This document shows, one piece after another, positions 19,098-27,639 of a DNA stretch of 31,502 bases; position 1 is the stretch's first letter, and each line of letters begins with the position of its first letter. Made by a program: the position numbers and the translations under genes. The stretch covers positions 1 through 31,502 of the forward strand of contig CALMVH010000206.1 of assembly GCA_937873165.1 (NCBI GenBank). The letters are read 5' to 3'. The notes below the pieces were generated by a model. It saw only the letters and a program-made list of their open reading frames with translations, was not told the DNA's origin and searched no databases. The stretch is from an uncultured Rhodospirillales bacterium (GTDB lineage Bacteria; Pseudomonadota; Alphaproteobacteria; CALMVH01).

Positions 19098-20025
19098 AGT
19101 TTTCTCCATAAACCGGGATCGACAGGTAGGCCAGCCGCTTCATCTCGCGCCGGCCCCGGGTCACGGTGGACAGGATCATGCCGCAGGCGGAGCTCAAGAA
19201 GGCAAGCCCCATGAGGCCCGTCGCCAGGACAGCGGTCGGCAGGCGCGGTACCAGGCCGGTGTGGAGGAAATCGCGGATCACGGGGATGGCGATGAAGACC
19301 GACAGCAGTCCCAGCATCACGGCCGCGACACCGAAGAACTCCATGGGGCGTTCCTGCTTTACCAGATGGGTGATGGTCAACAGGATACGCCAGCCGTCGC
19401 GGAAGGTGTTCAGCTTGCTGACCGATCCCTCCGGGCGCGACTTGTAGACGGTGGGTACTTCGGCGATCGGCATGCGCAGCTCCAGCGCGTGCACAGTTAA
19501 TTCGGTCTCGGTTTCGAACCCGAGCGCCAGCGCCGGGAATGTCTTTACATAGCGGCGCGAGAAAATCCGGTACCCCGACAGCATGTCGTGCAGGCGATTA
19601 CCGAAAATCGTCGAGACCAGCGTCGTCAAGAGCCAGTTGCCGAAGCGATGGCCCGAGCGATAGGCAGCCTGTTCCTGGCTGATGCGGCTGCCGTTCACCA
19701 TGTCCAGCCGCTCGTCGATCAGGCGCTGGATTAAGGCGGGCGCCACCGATGCATCGTAGGTCGCGTCGCCGTCCACCAGCACATACACGTCCGCCTCCAC
19801 GTCGGCGAACAACGACCGTACCACGTTGCCCTTGCCTTGAAGCGGCACGGGCCGGACCTCCGCCCCGGCGGCGCGGGCGATCTCGACCGTGCAATCCTTT
19901 GAGTTGTTGTCGCCAACGATGATGCGCGCATGGGGCAGGGCGGCGCGGAAGCCCGCGATCACCATGCCAACGGCGACTTCTTCGTTATAACAGGGGATCA
20001 GGACGGCGATGCTGGGCGTTTGCAT
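19075..20025 (-). CDS. Glycosyltransferase family 2 (DPM1-like, two C-terminal TM helices)
   Basis: IPCYNEE, DNNSKD, QGKG, VDGDATYD, DMLSGYRIFS, FETETE. Confidence 0.92.
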   Translation of the reverse strand: MQTPSIAVLIPCYNEEVAVGMVIAGFRAALPHARIIVGDNNSKDCTVEIARAAGAEVRPVPLQGKGNVVRSLFADVEADVYVLVDGDATYDASVAPALIQRLIDERLDMVNGSRISQEQAAYRSGHRFGNWLLTTLVSTIFGNRLHDMLSGYRIFSRRYVKTFPALALGFETETELTVHALELRMPIAEVPTVYKSRPEGSVSKLNTFRDGWRILLTITHLVKQERPMEFFGVAAVMLGLLSVFIAIPVIRDFLHTGLVPRLPTAVLATGLMGLAFLSSACGMILSTVTRGRREMKRLAYLSIPVYGENYERRNRI

Positions 20026-20109
20026 GGCGCGTGTTTAGCGTGAAAAGACACCGGATGCAATTTGCCTGTGCGGCTGTGTACCGGCGCGGCGAAGGATCGG
20101 TCGGAGGTG

Positions 20110-20934
20110 TTACCGCCGCGTGTCGAGGATACGCTGCATCGCGGCCGCGAATCCATTTTCCTTGTTGCTCAGCGTGACATCCTTCGCCTCGGTCTTTACG
20201 GCATCGGCGCCATTGCCCATGGCGAAGCTGTAGCCCGACACCCGGAACATCATGACATCGTTGTCGCTGTCGCCAATGGTCGCGATTTCGTGCGTGCCGA
20301 TGCCGTAATGCTGGGCCAGTCGCCGCACCACCTGCCCCTTGTTCGCATCGTAATGCGTGATATCGAGGTAAAACGGCTGGGAGCGGGTGGCCGAAAGCCG
20401 CGTGCCGAAGCGGGCGTTGATCTCCGCCTCCGCCCGTTCCACCAGCGGATAATCCATGCTGATGCCGACGATCTTGTTCGTTCCGGCCAAAGCTTCCGCA
20501 TCGAAGGCGGGCACGATCAGGGGATCATATCCAATCGAGCGGGTTTCGTTGCCGACGCGGGGGCCATCGGGATTGTCGATGAACCAGTCATCGCCCGAAA
20601 ACACCCAGGCGCTCAGGCCCATTTCCGCCAGCAAGGCGACGACTTCGGCGGCAGTGGTTTCGGGAAACCGCAGGTTTTCGAGCACGTCACCTTCGGGCGA
20701 GACGATGCGGCCGCCGTTGAAGCCCGACACCGGCGTATCCAGTTGCACGGCGTCCCGCACCTTTTGCATGCCGCGCACCGGGCGGCTGGAGGCGAGCGCG
20801 AACAGGATGCCTTCCGCGCGCAACGCATCGATGGCGGCCATGGCCTCCGGCGTGACCTCCTTGGTAGGCGTGACGAGCGTTCCATCAACGTCGGAAAGAA
20901 CGAGCTTAATACCGGACAGGAGTTCGTGGGTCAT
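20110..20934 (-). CDS. Cof-type HAD-IIB hydrolase
   Basis: SDVDGTL, ASSRP, NKG, IGDSDND..M, AMGN. Confidence 0.93.
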   Translation of the reverse strand: MTHELLSGIKLVLSDVDGTLVTPTKEVTPEAMAAIDALRAEGILFALASSRPVRGMQKVRDAVQLDTPVSGFNGGRIVSPEGDVLENLRFPETTAAEVVALLAEMGLSAWVFSGDDWFIDNPDGPRVGNETRSIGYDPLIVPAFDAEALAGTNKIVGISMDYPLVERAEAEINARFGTRLSATRSQPFYLDITHYDANKGQVVRRLAQHYGIGTHEIATIGDSDNDVMMFRVSGYSFAMGNGADAVKTEAKDVTLSNKENGFAAAMQRILDTRR

Positions 20935-20936
20935 GA

Positions 20937-22748
20937 TTACCTTGGTAACGGTCCCATGCTGGCGGAATCAACCAGATTCCGGGCCGTGTGCAACAATCCG
21001 ACATGGGAAAATGCTTGCGGGAAGTTGCCCAGCTGGCATTTGGCGATCGGATCGTACTCCTCCGCCAGCAGCCCGAGATCGTTGCGAACCGCCAAAAGTT
21101 GGTCGAACAGCACCCGCGCTTCTGGCTTGCGGCCGGTTGCGATCAACGCATCGGCCAGCCAGAACGTGCAGGCGAGGAACGATCCTTCGCCGGGTGGCAG
21201 GCCGTCGCCACTCTCGCTATCGGGCTCGTAGCGCATGACCATGCCGTTTTTCACCAGCGTTTTCTGCACGGCATCGACCGTGCCGATCACACGCGGGTCG
21301 TCGCCCGGCAGAAATCCAACCAGCGGAATGCGCAACAGCGACGCATCCAGCTTGCTGCTGCCGTAGGCCTGCATGAAGCTGTTGCGCGTCCCATCGAAAC
21401 CTTTCTCGCAGACATCGGCATGGATCCGGTCGCGTACCTTCGTCCAGCGTGCGACAGGGGCATCGAGGTTGCGCGAAGTAGCGGTCCTCACCGCGCGGTC
21501 AAACGCCAGCCAAGCCATGTCCTTGGAATAGGTATGGTGCTGCGGCGGTCCGCGCATTTCCCACAGGCCGCTGTCCGGCTGATCCCAGATGGTTTCCAGG
21601 AACTGGATAATGCTCTTGCCCATTGCCCAGGAGTCTTCGCTCGGCGGAAGCCCCATCTGACCTCCCAGCGACAGGGCATCGGCCAGTTCGCCATACACGT
21701 CCAGCTGGCGCTGCTCGCTGGCGGCGTTGCCGATGCGGACTGGCTGGCTGTCGCGGAAGCCCTTCAGCCAGGGCAGTTCCAGTTCGGTCAGCCGGCGTTC
21801 GCCCGCGATGCCGTACATGATCTGCAGATCGGCGGGCTGTCCCGCCGCCGCCCGCAAAAGCCAGCCCCGCCAGTCGCAGATTTCCTGGGTATGCCCCCAG
21901 CGCATGAACGCGTTCAACGTAAAGGCCGCGTCGCGCACCCAGCAGTAACGATAGTCCCAGTTACGCACGCTGCCCGGCCACTCGGGCAGCGAGGTCGTGA
22001 CCGCCGCCACGATCCCGCCTGACAGCGTGTTGGTCAGGGCCTTCAGGGTGATCAGCGACCGCACAACAGCTTCGCGCATTTCGCCCACGCCATCCGCGCA
22101 GGTGCCAACCCATCGCCGCCAGTACCGGCGGGTTTTTCCCAGCAGGTGATCGGCCGAGCGGGGCAGCATGTCTTCCAGGTACGACATGTGCCAGCTCATC
22201 TCCAGCGGAATGCGCTGCTCCTTGCGGACGGTGAACCGCCCTTCGGTGTGCATGTCCTTGCCTTCCAGCGGCACGGGGGTGCGGATGCGTACCGAATAAG
22301 GGCCGGAGATGGCGTAAATACCCTCGTCCACGCTGCGCACCCAGGGAATGGTCGATCCATAATCGAAGCGCAGGTACAGTACCGTCTGCATCTCGACCTC
22401 GCCTTCGACGCATTCCACGATCCGCACCAAGCGACCGTGCGAAGGCTGAGTGTCGATCGGCATAAAATCGGTCAGTTCGACCACGCCCGTCGAGGTCTCG
22501 AACCGGGTGACGAGAACCAGCGTATCTTCCTCGTAAAAGCGGGTGATTGATTTCGGTTCGCCAACGGGAGCCACCTGCCAGTAGCCGTTCTCCGCCTCGC
22601 CCAGCAAACGGGCGAACACGGCGCCGCTGTCGAAGCGCGGCAGGCAAAGCCAGTCGATGCAGCCGTTGCGGTTCACCAGCGCGGCTGTGTGGAGATTGCC
22701 GATAACGCCGTAATCTTCGATGCGGCCCGGACGGGAAAGCTGATCCAT
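20937..22748 (-). CDS. Glycoside hydrolase family 15 (trehalase/glucoamylase-like)
   Basis: IEDYGVIGNLHTAALV, WLCLPRFDS, RNWDYRYCWVRDA, QLDVYGE, SGLWEMRG, LLAEEYD, GNFPQAFSH. Confidence 0.93.
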   Translation of the reverse strand: MDQLSRPGRIEDYGVIGNLHTAALVNRNGCIDWLCLPRFDSGAVFARLLGEAENGYWQVAPVGEPKSITRFYEEDTLVLVTRFETSTGVVELTDFMPIDTQPSHGRLVRIVECVEGEVEMQTVLYLRFDYGSTIPWVRSVDEGIYAISGPYSVRIRTPVPLEGKDMHTEGRFTVRKEQRIPLEMSWHMSYLEDMLPRSADHLLGKTRRYWRRWVGTCADGVGEMREAVVRSLITLKALTNTLSGGIVAAVTTSLPEWPGSVRNWDYRYCWVRDAAFTLNAFMRWGHTQEICDWRGWLLRAAAGQPADLQIMYGIAGERRLTELELPWLKGFRDSQPVRIGNAASEQRQLDVYGELADALSLGGQMGLPPSEDSWAMGKSIIQFLETIWDQPDSGLWEMRGPPQHHTYSKDMAWLAFDRAVRTATSRNLDAPVARWTKVRDRIHADVCEKGFDGTRNSFMQAYGSSKLDASLLRIPLVGFLPGDDPRVIGTVDAVQKTLVKNGMVMRYEPDSESGDGLPPGEGSFLACTFWLADALIATGRKPEARVLFDQLLAVRNDLGLLAEEYDPIAKCQLGNFPQAFSHVGLLHTARNLVDSASMGPLPR

Positions 22749-22834
22749 GGGTTGATGAACGGGGGCGGCGGCGGCGGGGTTCCTCATTTCCGACGGTTTC
22801 GAACTATGCTAAGGACCCTCGACAGCGGGGGAAT

Positions 22835-23671
22835 ATGATGAGCCACAAAATCGGGATCGTGACGGGAGCATCCAGCGGCATCGGGACCGAGACTGCGATT
22901 GGCTTGGCAAAGCAGGGGTTTCACGTCGTGATGGTGGGCCGCAATCCGCAGAAGTCGGAAGCCGCGCGCAAGCGGGTGTGGGCGGCGGTTCCGGATGCCA
23001 AGGTCGACCTGCTGCTGTGCGATTTTGCGTCCCTCGGCGCCGTGCGTGACCTCGCCGGCACCATTCTTGCGCATTACGACCGCATCGATGTCCTGGTGAA
23101 CAATGCCGGGCTGTTCGAAATGAAGCGGACGGAAACAAAAGATGGGTTCGAAACGACATTCGGCGTCAACCATCTTGCGCCTTTTCTCCTGACGAACCTG
23201 TTGCTGGACCGCCTGATCGCTTCGGGCAGCAGCCGTATCGTCAACGTTGCGTCCGTAGCGCATCGCCGCGCGCATCTGGACTTCACCGACCTGCAAAGCA
23301 ATCGCAACTACGGCTGGCTGAAGGCTTATAGCCGTTCAAAACTGGCGAACATCCTGTTCACACGTGAACTGGCAAAGCGCCTGGCCGGCACCTCCGTCAC
23401 TGCCAACTGCCTGCATCCGGGACTGGTGGCGACCAGCATCGCACGGGGTGGATTCTTCCCGAGCCTGTCCATGAAATTGGCGCGCCCGTTCCTGATCTCG
23501 CCGGCAAAGGGAGCCGAAACATCTGTTTACCTCGCCACCTCGCCCGAGGTGGAGAGAGTGAGCGGCCGGTACTTCGACAAAAGCGCGGACACCGAACCAT
23601 CCGAAGCAGCCCGCAACGATGCGGACGCCGCCCGGCTCTGGGATGTCAGCGCGAAGATGGTGAAGCTGTAA
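22835..23671 (+). CDS. SDR oxidoreductase (retinol dehydrogenase/WWOX-like)
   Basis: TGASSGIG, LVNNAG, FGVNHL, YSRSK (YxxxK), LHPGLVAT. Confidence 0.92.
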   Translation: MMSHKIGIVTGASSGIGTETAIGLAKQGFHVVMVGRNPQKSEAARKRVWAAVPDAKVDLLLCDFASLGAVRDLAGTILAHYDRIDVLVNNAGLFEMKRTETKDGFETTFGVNHLAPFLLTNLLLDRLIASGSSRIVNVASVAHRRAHLDFTDLQSNRNYGWLKAYSRSKLANILFTRELAKRLAGTSVTANCLHPGLVATSIARGGFFPSLSMKLARPFLISPAKGAETSVYLATSPEVERVSGRYFDKSADTEPSEAARNDADAARLWDVSAKMVKL

Positions 23672-23792
23672 CGGCGGCCAGCCTTGAAATACGTCCGGTC
23701 TTCCCTCGGTTTCCGTCGCTGCCGCTCTATTATGAACGGTATGATCCACGTTGTCATGAATTGGGCGCACGGTACCCGAAAGCATTTGCGCC

Positions 23793-24668
23793 ATGCCGCA
23801 ATTGTCTGATGGCTGGCCAGCGCTGCTTGCGCAGCCGGTCAAGCAGGCGATCACCAGGCAGGTCACCGCGTTGCTCAGCGATCCGGCCCGGAACCCGCCT
23901 GTCCAGCGCCGGCCCGACGGGTTGTTCGGGCCAAATGCGGTTGCCTGGCGGGTGCATGGCGACGTCACGTCGATGATGGTCGGCGGTGTCGCGGGCCTCA
24001 TGCTGCAGATGCTGCATCCGGCCGTCCTGGCGGGGGTATGGGATCACTCGAACTTTCGCGCCGACATGCACGGCCGCCTGAAGCGCACGGCGCGGTTCAT
24101 CGCGCTGACCACCTACGGCAGCCGTGCGGAAGCAGAGTCGGTTATTGCGCGGGTGCGCTCCATCCACGATCACGTTAACGGGACCATGCCCGATGGCACC
24201 CCTTACGCCGCGAACGATCCAGCGCTTTTGGCGTGGGTGCACCTGACCGAAACCAGCAGTTTCCTGGATGCCTGGATCCGGTATGCCGAGCCGCGCATGT
24301 CGCGCATCGACCAAGACCGGTATTTCGCGGAGATGGTCCAGATCGCCGAAGCGCTGGGCGCCGATCCCGTCCCGAGATCCAGAAGACAGGCAGACGATCT
24401 TGTCCATGCCATGCGGCCACTGATGCTGTGCGACGACCGCACGCGCGAGGTCGGCCGCCTGGTCCTGACCCAGCGCGCGCCGAGCAAGGCAGCCGAGCCG
24501 GTGCAGGCGCTTGCTCTCCAGGCAGGCGTCGACCTGTTGCCGCCCTGGGCGCGGCGGATGCACGGCTTGCCTGCGCCGGCCTTCAACCGCCCTCTGTTAA
24601 GGGGCGGTACAATGGGAATGGCGCGCACCATGCGTTGGGCGTTCAAGGCAGATAGTCCCAGCGAGTGA
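23793..24668 (+). CDS. MpaB'/DUF2236 family oxygenase-like protein
   Basis: AWRVHGD..SMMVGG..GLMLQMLHP..LAGVWDHS, RL.RT, IHDHV.G, YAANDP.LL.WVH. Confidence 0.85.
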   Translation: MPQLSDGWPALLAQPVKQAITRQVTALLSDPARNPPVQRRPDGLFGPNAVAWRVHGDVTSMMVGGVAGLMLQMLHPAVLAGVWDHSNFRADMHGRLKRTARFIALTTYGSRAEAESVIARVRSIHDHVNGTMPDGTPYAANDPALLAWVHLTETSSFLDAWIRYAEPRMSRIDQDRYFAEMVQIAEALGADPVPRSRRQADDLVHAMRPLMLCDDRTREVGRLVLTQRAPSKAAEPVQALALQAGVDLLPPWARRMHGLPAPAFNRPLLRGGTMGMARTMRWAFKADSPSE

Positions 24669-24770
24669 CCGGCTGGCGAAGATTTGACCTTTAAGCGCGC
24701 CACTTCGTAGTGCCGTGACCTAGCGACACAAAGGGCTGGACACCAAACAAGACCGACGGTACACAACGTT

Positions 24771-24791
24771 GATTTTGATAATCATTCGCAA
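24771..24791. promoter_or_regulatory. Fur box upstream of the NAS-like operon
   Basis: GATTTTGATAATCATTCGC matches GATAATGATAATCATTATC at 15/19 positions; 7-1-7 core TGATAAT-C-ATTCGCA ends 19 nt before the ATG. Confidence 0.8.
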
Positions 24792-24809
24792 CATCGAACT
24801 TGGACTCTT

Positions 24810-25751
24810 ATGTCACCTCAACAAAATGCCCCTTCGCAACGCGGCAATGTCGCGGAGATGGTTGGAGCTTATCTGGAAGCCTATGCAGTCCTGAGCACAG
24901 CGGCTGACTTTTCCCCGCGCAATGCGGACGTAACTCGCACGCTGACCAAGTTGGTGGCAAGAGCGTCGAAGCCCTATAGTGCGCAGGAGACGCAAAGCAT
25001 ACTGGGGCACCCGGAGGTTCGCCCGCGCATACGCAAGATGTGGTCGTACCTCAGCCGCGCCGAGGCGGAGATGGAAGCGTTTTTCGGTGAGAAGCTGGAC
25101 AAAAGCACCGTTACGGACTTCCCGTACTTGAAGAACTACCAGCAACTTGCCGCTGCCGAGATCAGTCAGTGGAACCGGTCTTTGCACTTCAGGTCTCCCG
25201 AAAGCGCTGGCGCAATTGCCTTGCCAGGGGCCGGGCCGCTGCCCCTGACGGCCGTTGTGATGCATCAGCAAACCGGCCGCCCGATCACTTGTATCGACTC
25301 GGATCCCGGCGCGGTCAGGATCGGGTCGCGGTTCCTGGCCAGATGCGGGTTGGCGAAAGATATCACCTACGTTCACGCCGATGCAGCCTCGCACGACTAC
25401 CGAGGGCATTCGGCGGTTCTGGTGGCAAGTCTGATCGGTGACAAGCACGGCGTGACCAAACAGATCATGAAATCAAAGCATACCCGTGAATACGCTGTGC
25501 GCAGTGCAGAGGGTACTCATATCTTGCTGTACCCACCGGTGCCGTCGCAACTGCCCCGCAAACACGGCATTACCTTTGACCGCCGAACCGCTCCCACGCC
25601 CGAGATCATCAATACGACCTTGTTTGCAACGCTACCTGTTCCTCCCGCGGCGTCCGACAATCTACGCGCAGCCGGAAACGCTGCAACCCAGAACGGGCTT
25701 TGTAAGCTGCCACCGGTACGCCGTCCGGCGCCCGGTCATCCGGAAGCCTGA
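24810..25751 (+). CDS. Nicotianamine synthase family (CntL-like SAM-dependent aminobutanoyltransferase)
   Basis: AEAEME, FPYLKNYQQL (FPYxxNYxxL), GAGPLPLT (GSGPLP), VLVASL, RSAEG..LLYP, which are the hallmark NAS motifs. Confidence 0.88.
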   Translation: MSPQQNAPSQRGNVAEMVGAYLEAYAVLSTAADFSPRNADVTRTLTKLVARASKPYSAQETQSILGHPEVRPRIRKMWSYLSRAEAEMEAFFGEKLDKSTVTDFPYLKNYQQLAAAEISQWNRSLHFRSPESAGAIALPGAGPLPLTAVVMHQQTGRPITCIDSDPGAVRIGSRFLARCGLAKDITYVHADAASHDYRGHSAVLVASLIGDKHGVTKQIMKSKHTREYAVRSAEGTHILLYPPVPSQLPRKHGITFDRRTAPTPEIINTTLFATLPVPPAASDNLRAAGNAATQNGLCKLPPVRRPAPGHPEA

Positions 25752-25759
25752 AGGTCTCT

Positions 25760-26632
25760 ATGTCGCCCCGTATCGCGCTGATCACTTGCCGCACCTGGCC
25801 AGCGTTGTCCAAGTCAGACCTGCTCTACGCCTCGGCGTTGCAAGATCTGGGAGCAATCGTTGAAGCGGTACCTTGGAATGGCACGCAAGATTACCGTCTT
25901 TCCGAGTACGATGCGGCAGTCCTTCGCAGCAATTGGGACTATCACGACAACGTGCCGGAGTTCAAAAGCTGGTTGCGGTCGGTTGATGACTCCGATGCTG
26001 TACTGCTGAATCCCTGCAAGGACGTCCTGTACTTTCTGGACAAAAGGTCGCTGCTGGAACTTCAGGCAAACGGAGTGCCCATGGGCAAGGTACGCGCGGT
26101 AGACTGCGATGCCGATGCCGTCAGGAGTGTTCTGGCCGAAGAAAGCTGGGAAAAAGCCGTTTTAAAGCCGGTCTATGGCGCCAGCGGACGCGGCGTCGAA
26201 CTGGTGCAAAAAGAGGATGCCGAGGCTGCCGTCGACCGGCTTAAACGAGATGTGGGACCCCGAGACCTGCTTGTTCAGGAATTCCTGCCGGAGATCCAGT
26301 CGGGCGAAATCCAGATGGTTTTTTTCAATGGCAATTTCTCGCACGCTGTGCGGAAGATTCCTGCGGCGGGCGAGTTCCGAACGAACTCGAAGCATGATCC
26401 CGTTGTAGAAAACTACTATCCTGATGACACTTCGATACAATCGGCCCGGACTATATTGCTGTCTCTTGACTCGGTTCCTCTCTACGCGCGCGTCGATGGA
26501 GTGCTGCGCGACGGCCAATTTATCTTGAACGAACTGGAAGTAAACGAACCGGGGCTTTGGCTGGACCGGGCAGGGCCTGATGCCGCCGCCTGGTTCGCCC
26601 AGGCTACCCTGCAACGGATCCTAGCAGCCTAG
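25760..26632 (+). CDS. ATP-grasp ligase, DcsG/RimK-like subfamily
   Basis: LRSNWDY, LLNP, VLKPVYGASGRG, VQEFLPEI..GE, HAVRK.P..GEFR, YARVD, ELEVNEP; starts 8 nt after the NAS stop. Confidence 0.85.
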   Translation: MSPRIALITCRTWPALSKSDLLYASALQDLGAIVEAVPWNGTQDYRLSEYDAAVLRSNWDYHDNVPEFKSWLRSVDDSDAVLLNPCKDVLYFLDKRSLLELQANGVPMGKVRAVDCDADAVRSVLAEESWEKAVLKPVYGASGRGVELVQKEDAEAAVDRLKRDVGPRDLLVQEFLPEIQSGEIQMVFFNGNFSHAVRKIPAAGEFRTNSKHDPVVENYYPDDTSIQSARTILLSLDSVPLYARVDGVLRDGQFILNELEVNEPGLWLDRAGPDAAAWFAQATLQRILAA

Positions 26633-27519
26633 GTCGCTCGATAAGCGCTGCCATCCTCGACGTGAATGGGGTTTTCCACATACACGCCATGATCGGGAAC
26701 GGCGATCGCATCGAAGTTGTCTGCCAGCAGGTGCAGCGCGCGCCGCATGTCCAGTCCTTTCATGGCGCGGCCATGACCGGGAACAGCCAGTTCCGGCTCA
26801 AGCGCCGCAAGGGATCGAACGGAGTTCCGCGCCTGGTCCCAGTTCTGTGTGAAGTATTTTGGCGGGCCGTGGATTTCAGGTTTCTGCAGCGCGACGGCAT
26901 AGGCCGATTCCTGCGCGGTCGTGCAGAACGCATCGGCCACGATCAGCGCCTTGTCCTCCGGCCGCCAGAGCGACGCGTGACCCGGGCTGTGGCCGGGGGT
27001 AGGAAGCCACTGCCAGCCGGGCATGCCGGGCACCGTTCCATCCGCAGGCAGCGTGTGCAGCGACGCCCCTAAATCGATGGGACCTCGCGGATAAAGCTCC
27101 GACAGCGAGGCCATCATTCCACCCCCGACGCCGGGATCGGGCGGCTGGTAAGCGGAGGTTCCGTCCACATAAGGCCGCTCGAACTCGTGGATGTACACGG
27201 GTACGTTCCAGTGCTTCAGCAGGTCCCTTGCCGAGCCGACATGGTCGAAATGGCCATGTGTCAGAATAATGGCCTGCGGCGGTTGCCCCGCGAAGCGCTT
27301 GTCGGCCACCGCGCGGATCGCCCCGGCAGACCCGGGAATGCCGGTGTCGACCAGCGTCCACGGCGATCCCGGCCGCCCAAAAAAGACGACATTGACGATC
27401 GCCGTTCGCATATACGCCAGATCGGCGGCAACCTCATGCGTATCGTCGTTCCGCCCTGTATCCGCCGCAGGATCGTCGGCTCGGCTTGCCGGGTTCAGCG
27501 ATAGATCGAGCTTCGGCAT
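26629..27519 (-). CDS. MBL-fold metallo-hydrolase
   Basis: LVDTG, THGHFDH, TPGHSPGH, VADAF, PGHG; its stop overlaps the ATP-grasp stop (CTAG). Confidence 0.9.
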   Translation of the reverse strand: MPKLDLSLNPASRADDPAADTGRNDDTHEVAADLAYMRTAIVNVVFFGRPGSPWTLVDTGIPGSAGAIRAVADKRFAGQPPQAIILTHGHFDHVGSARDLLKHWNVPVYIHEFERPYVDGTSAYQPPDPGVGGGMMASLSELYPRGPIDLGASLHTLPADGTVPGMPGWQWLPTPGHSPGHASLWRPEDKALIVADAFCTTAQESAYAVALQKPEIHGPPKYFTQNWDQARNSVRSLAALEPELAVPGHGRAMKGLDMRRALHLLADNFDAIAVPDHGVYVENPIHVEDGSAYRAT

Positions 27520-27639
27520 TTCCGGTCTCCTGGAACAGGGGGCGATGTCATGATGAACGGCCTGCCGGTCAGGGGGTTCCTGGAAGCCACGCGTTCGGGT
27601 ACCCGCCTCAATCCCTCACGCGTGCGGATGCACGCCGTG

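Noticed and set aside
26629-27519. MBL hydrolase as part of the NAS pathway
   Set aside because: It is convergent, separately transcribed, host-like in GC and of a very common family; only the 4-nt stop overlap links them.
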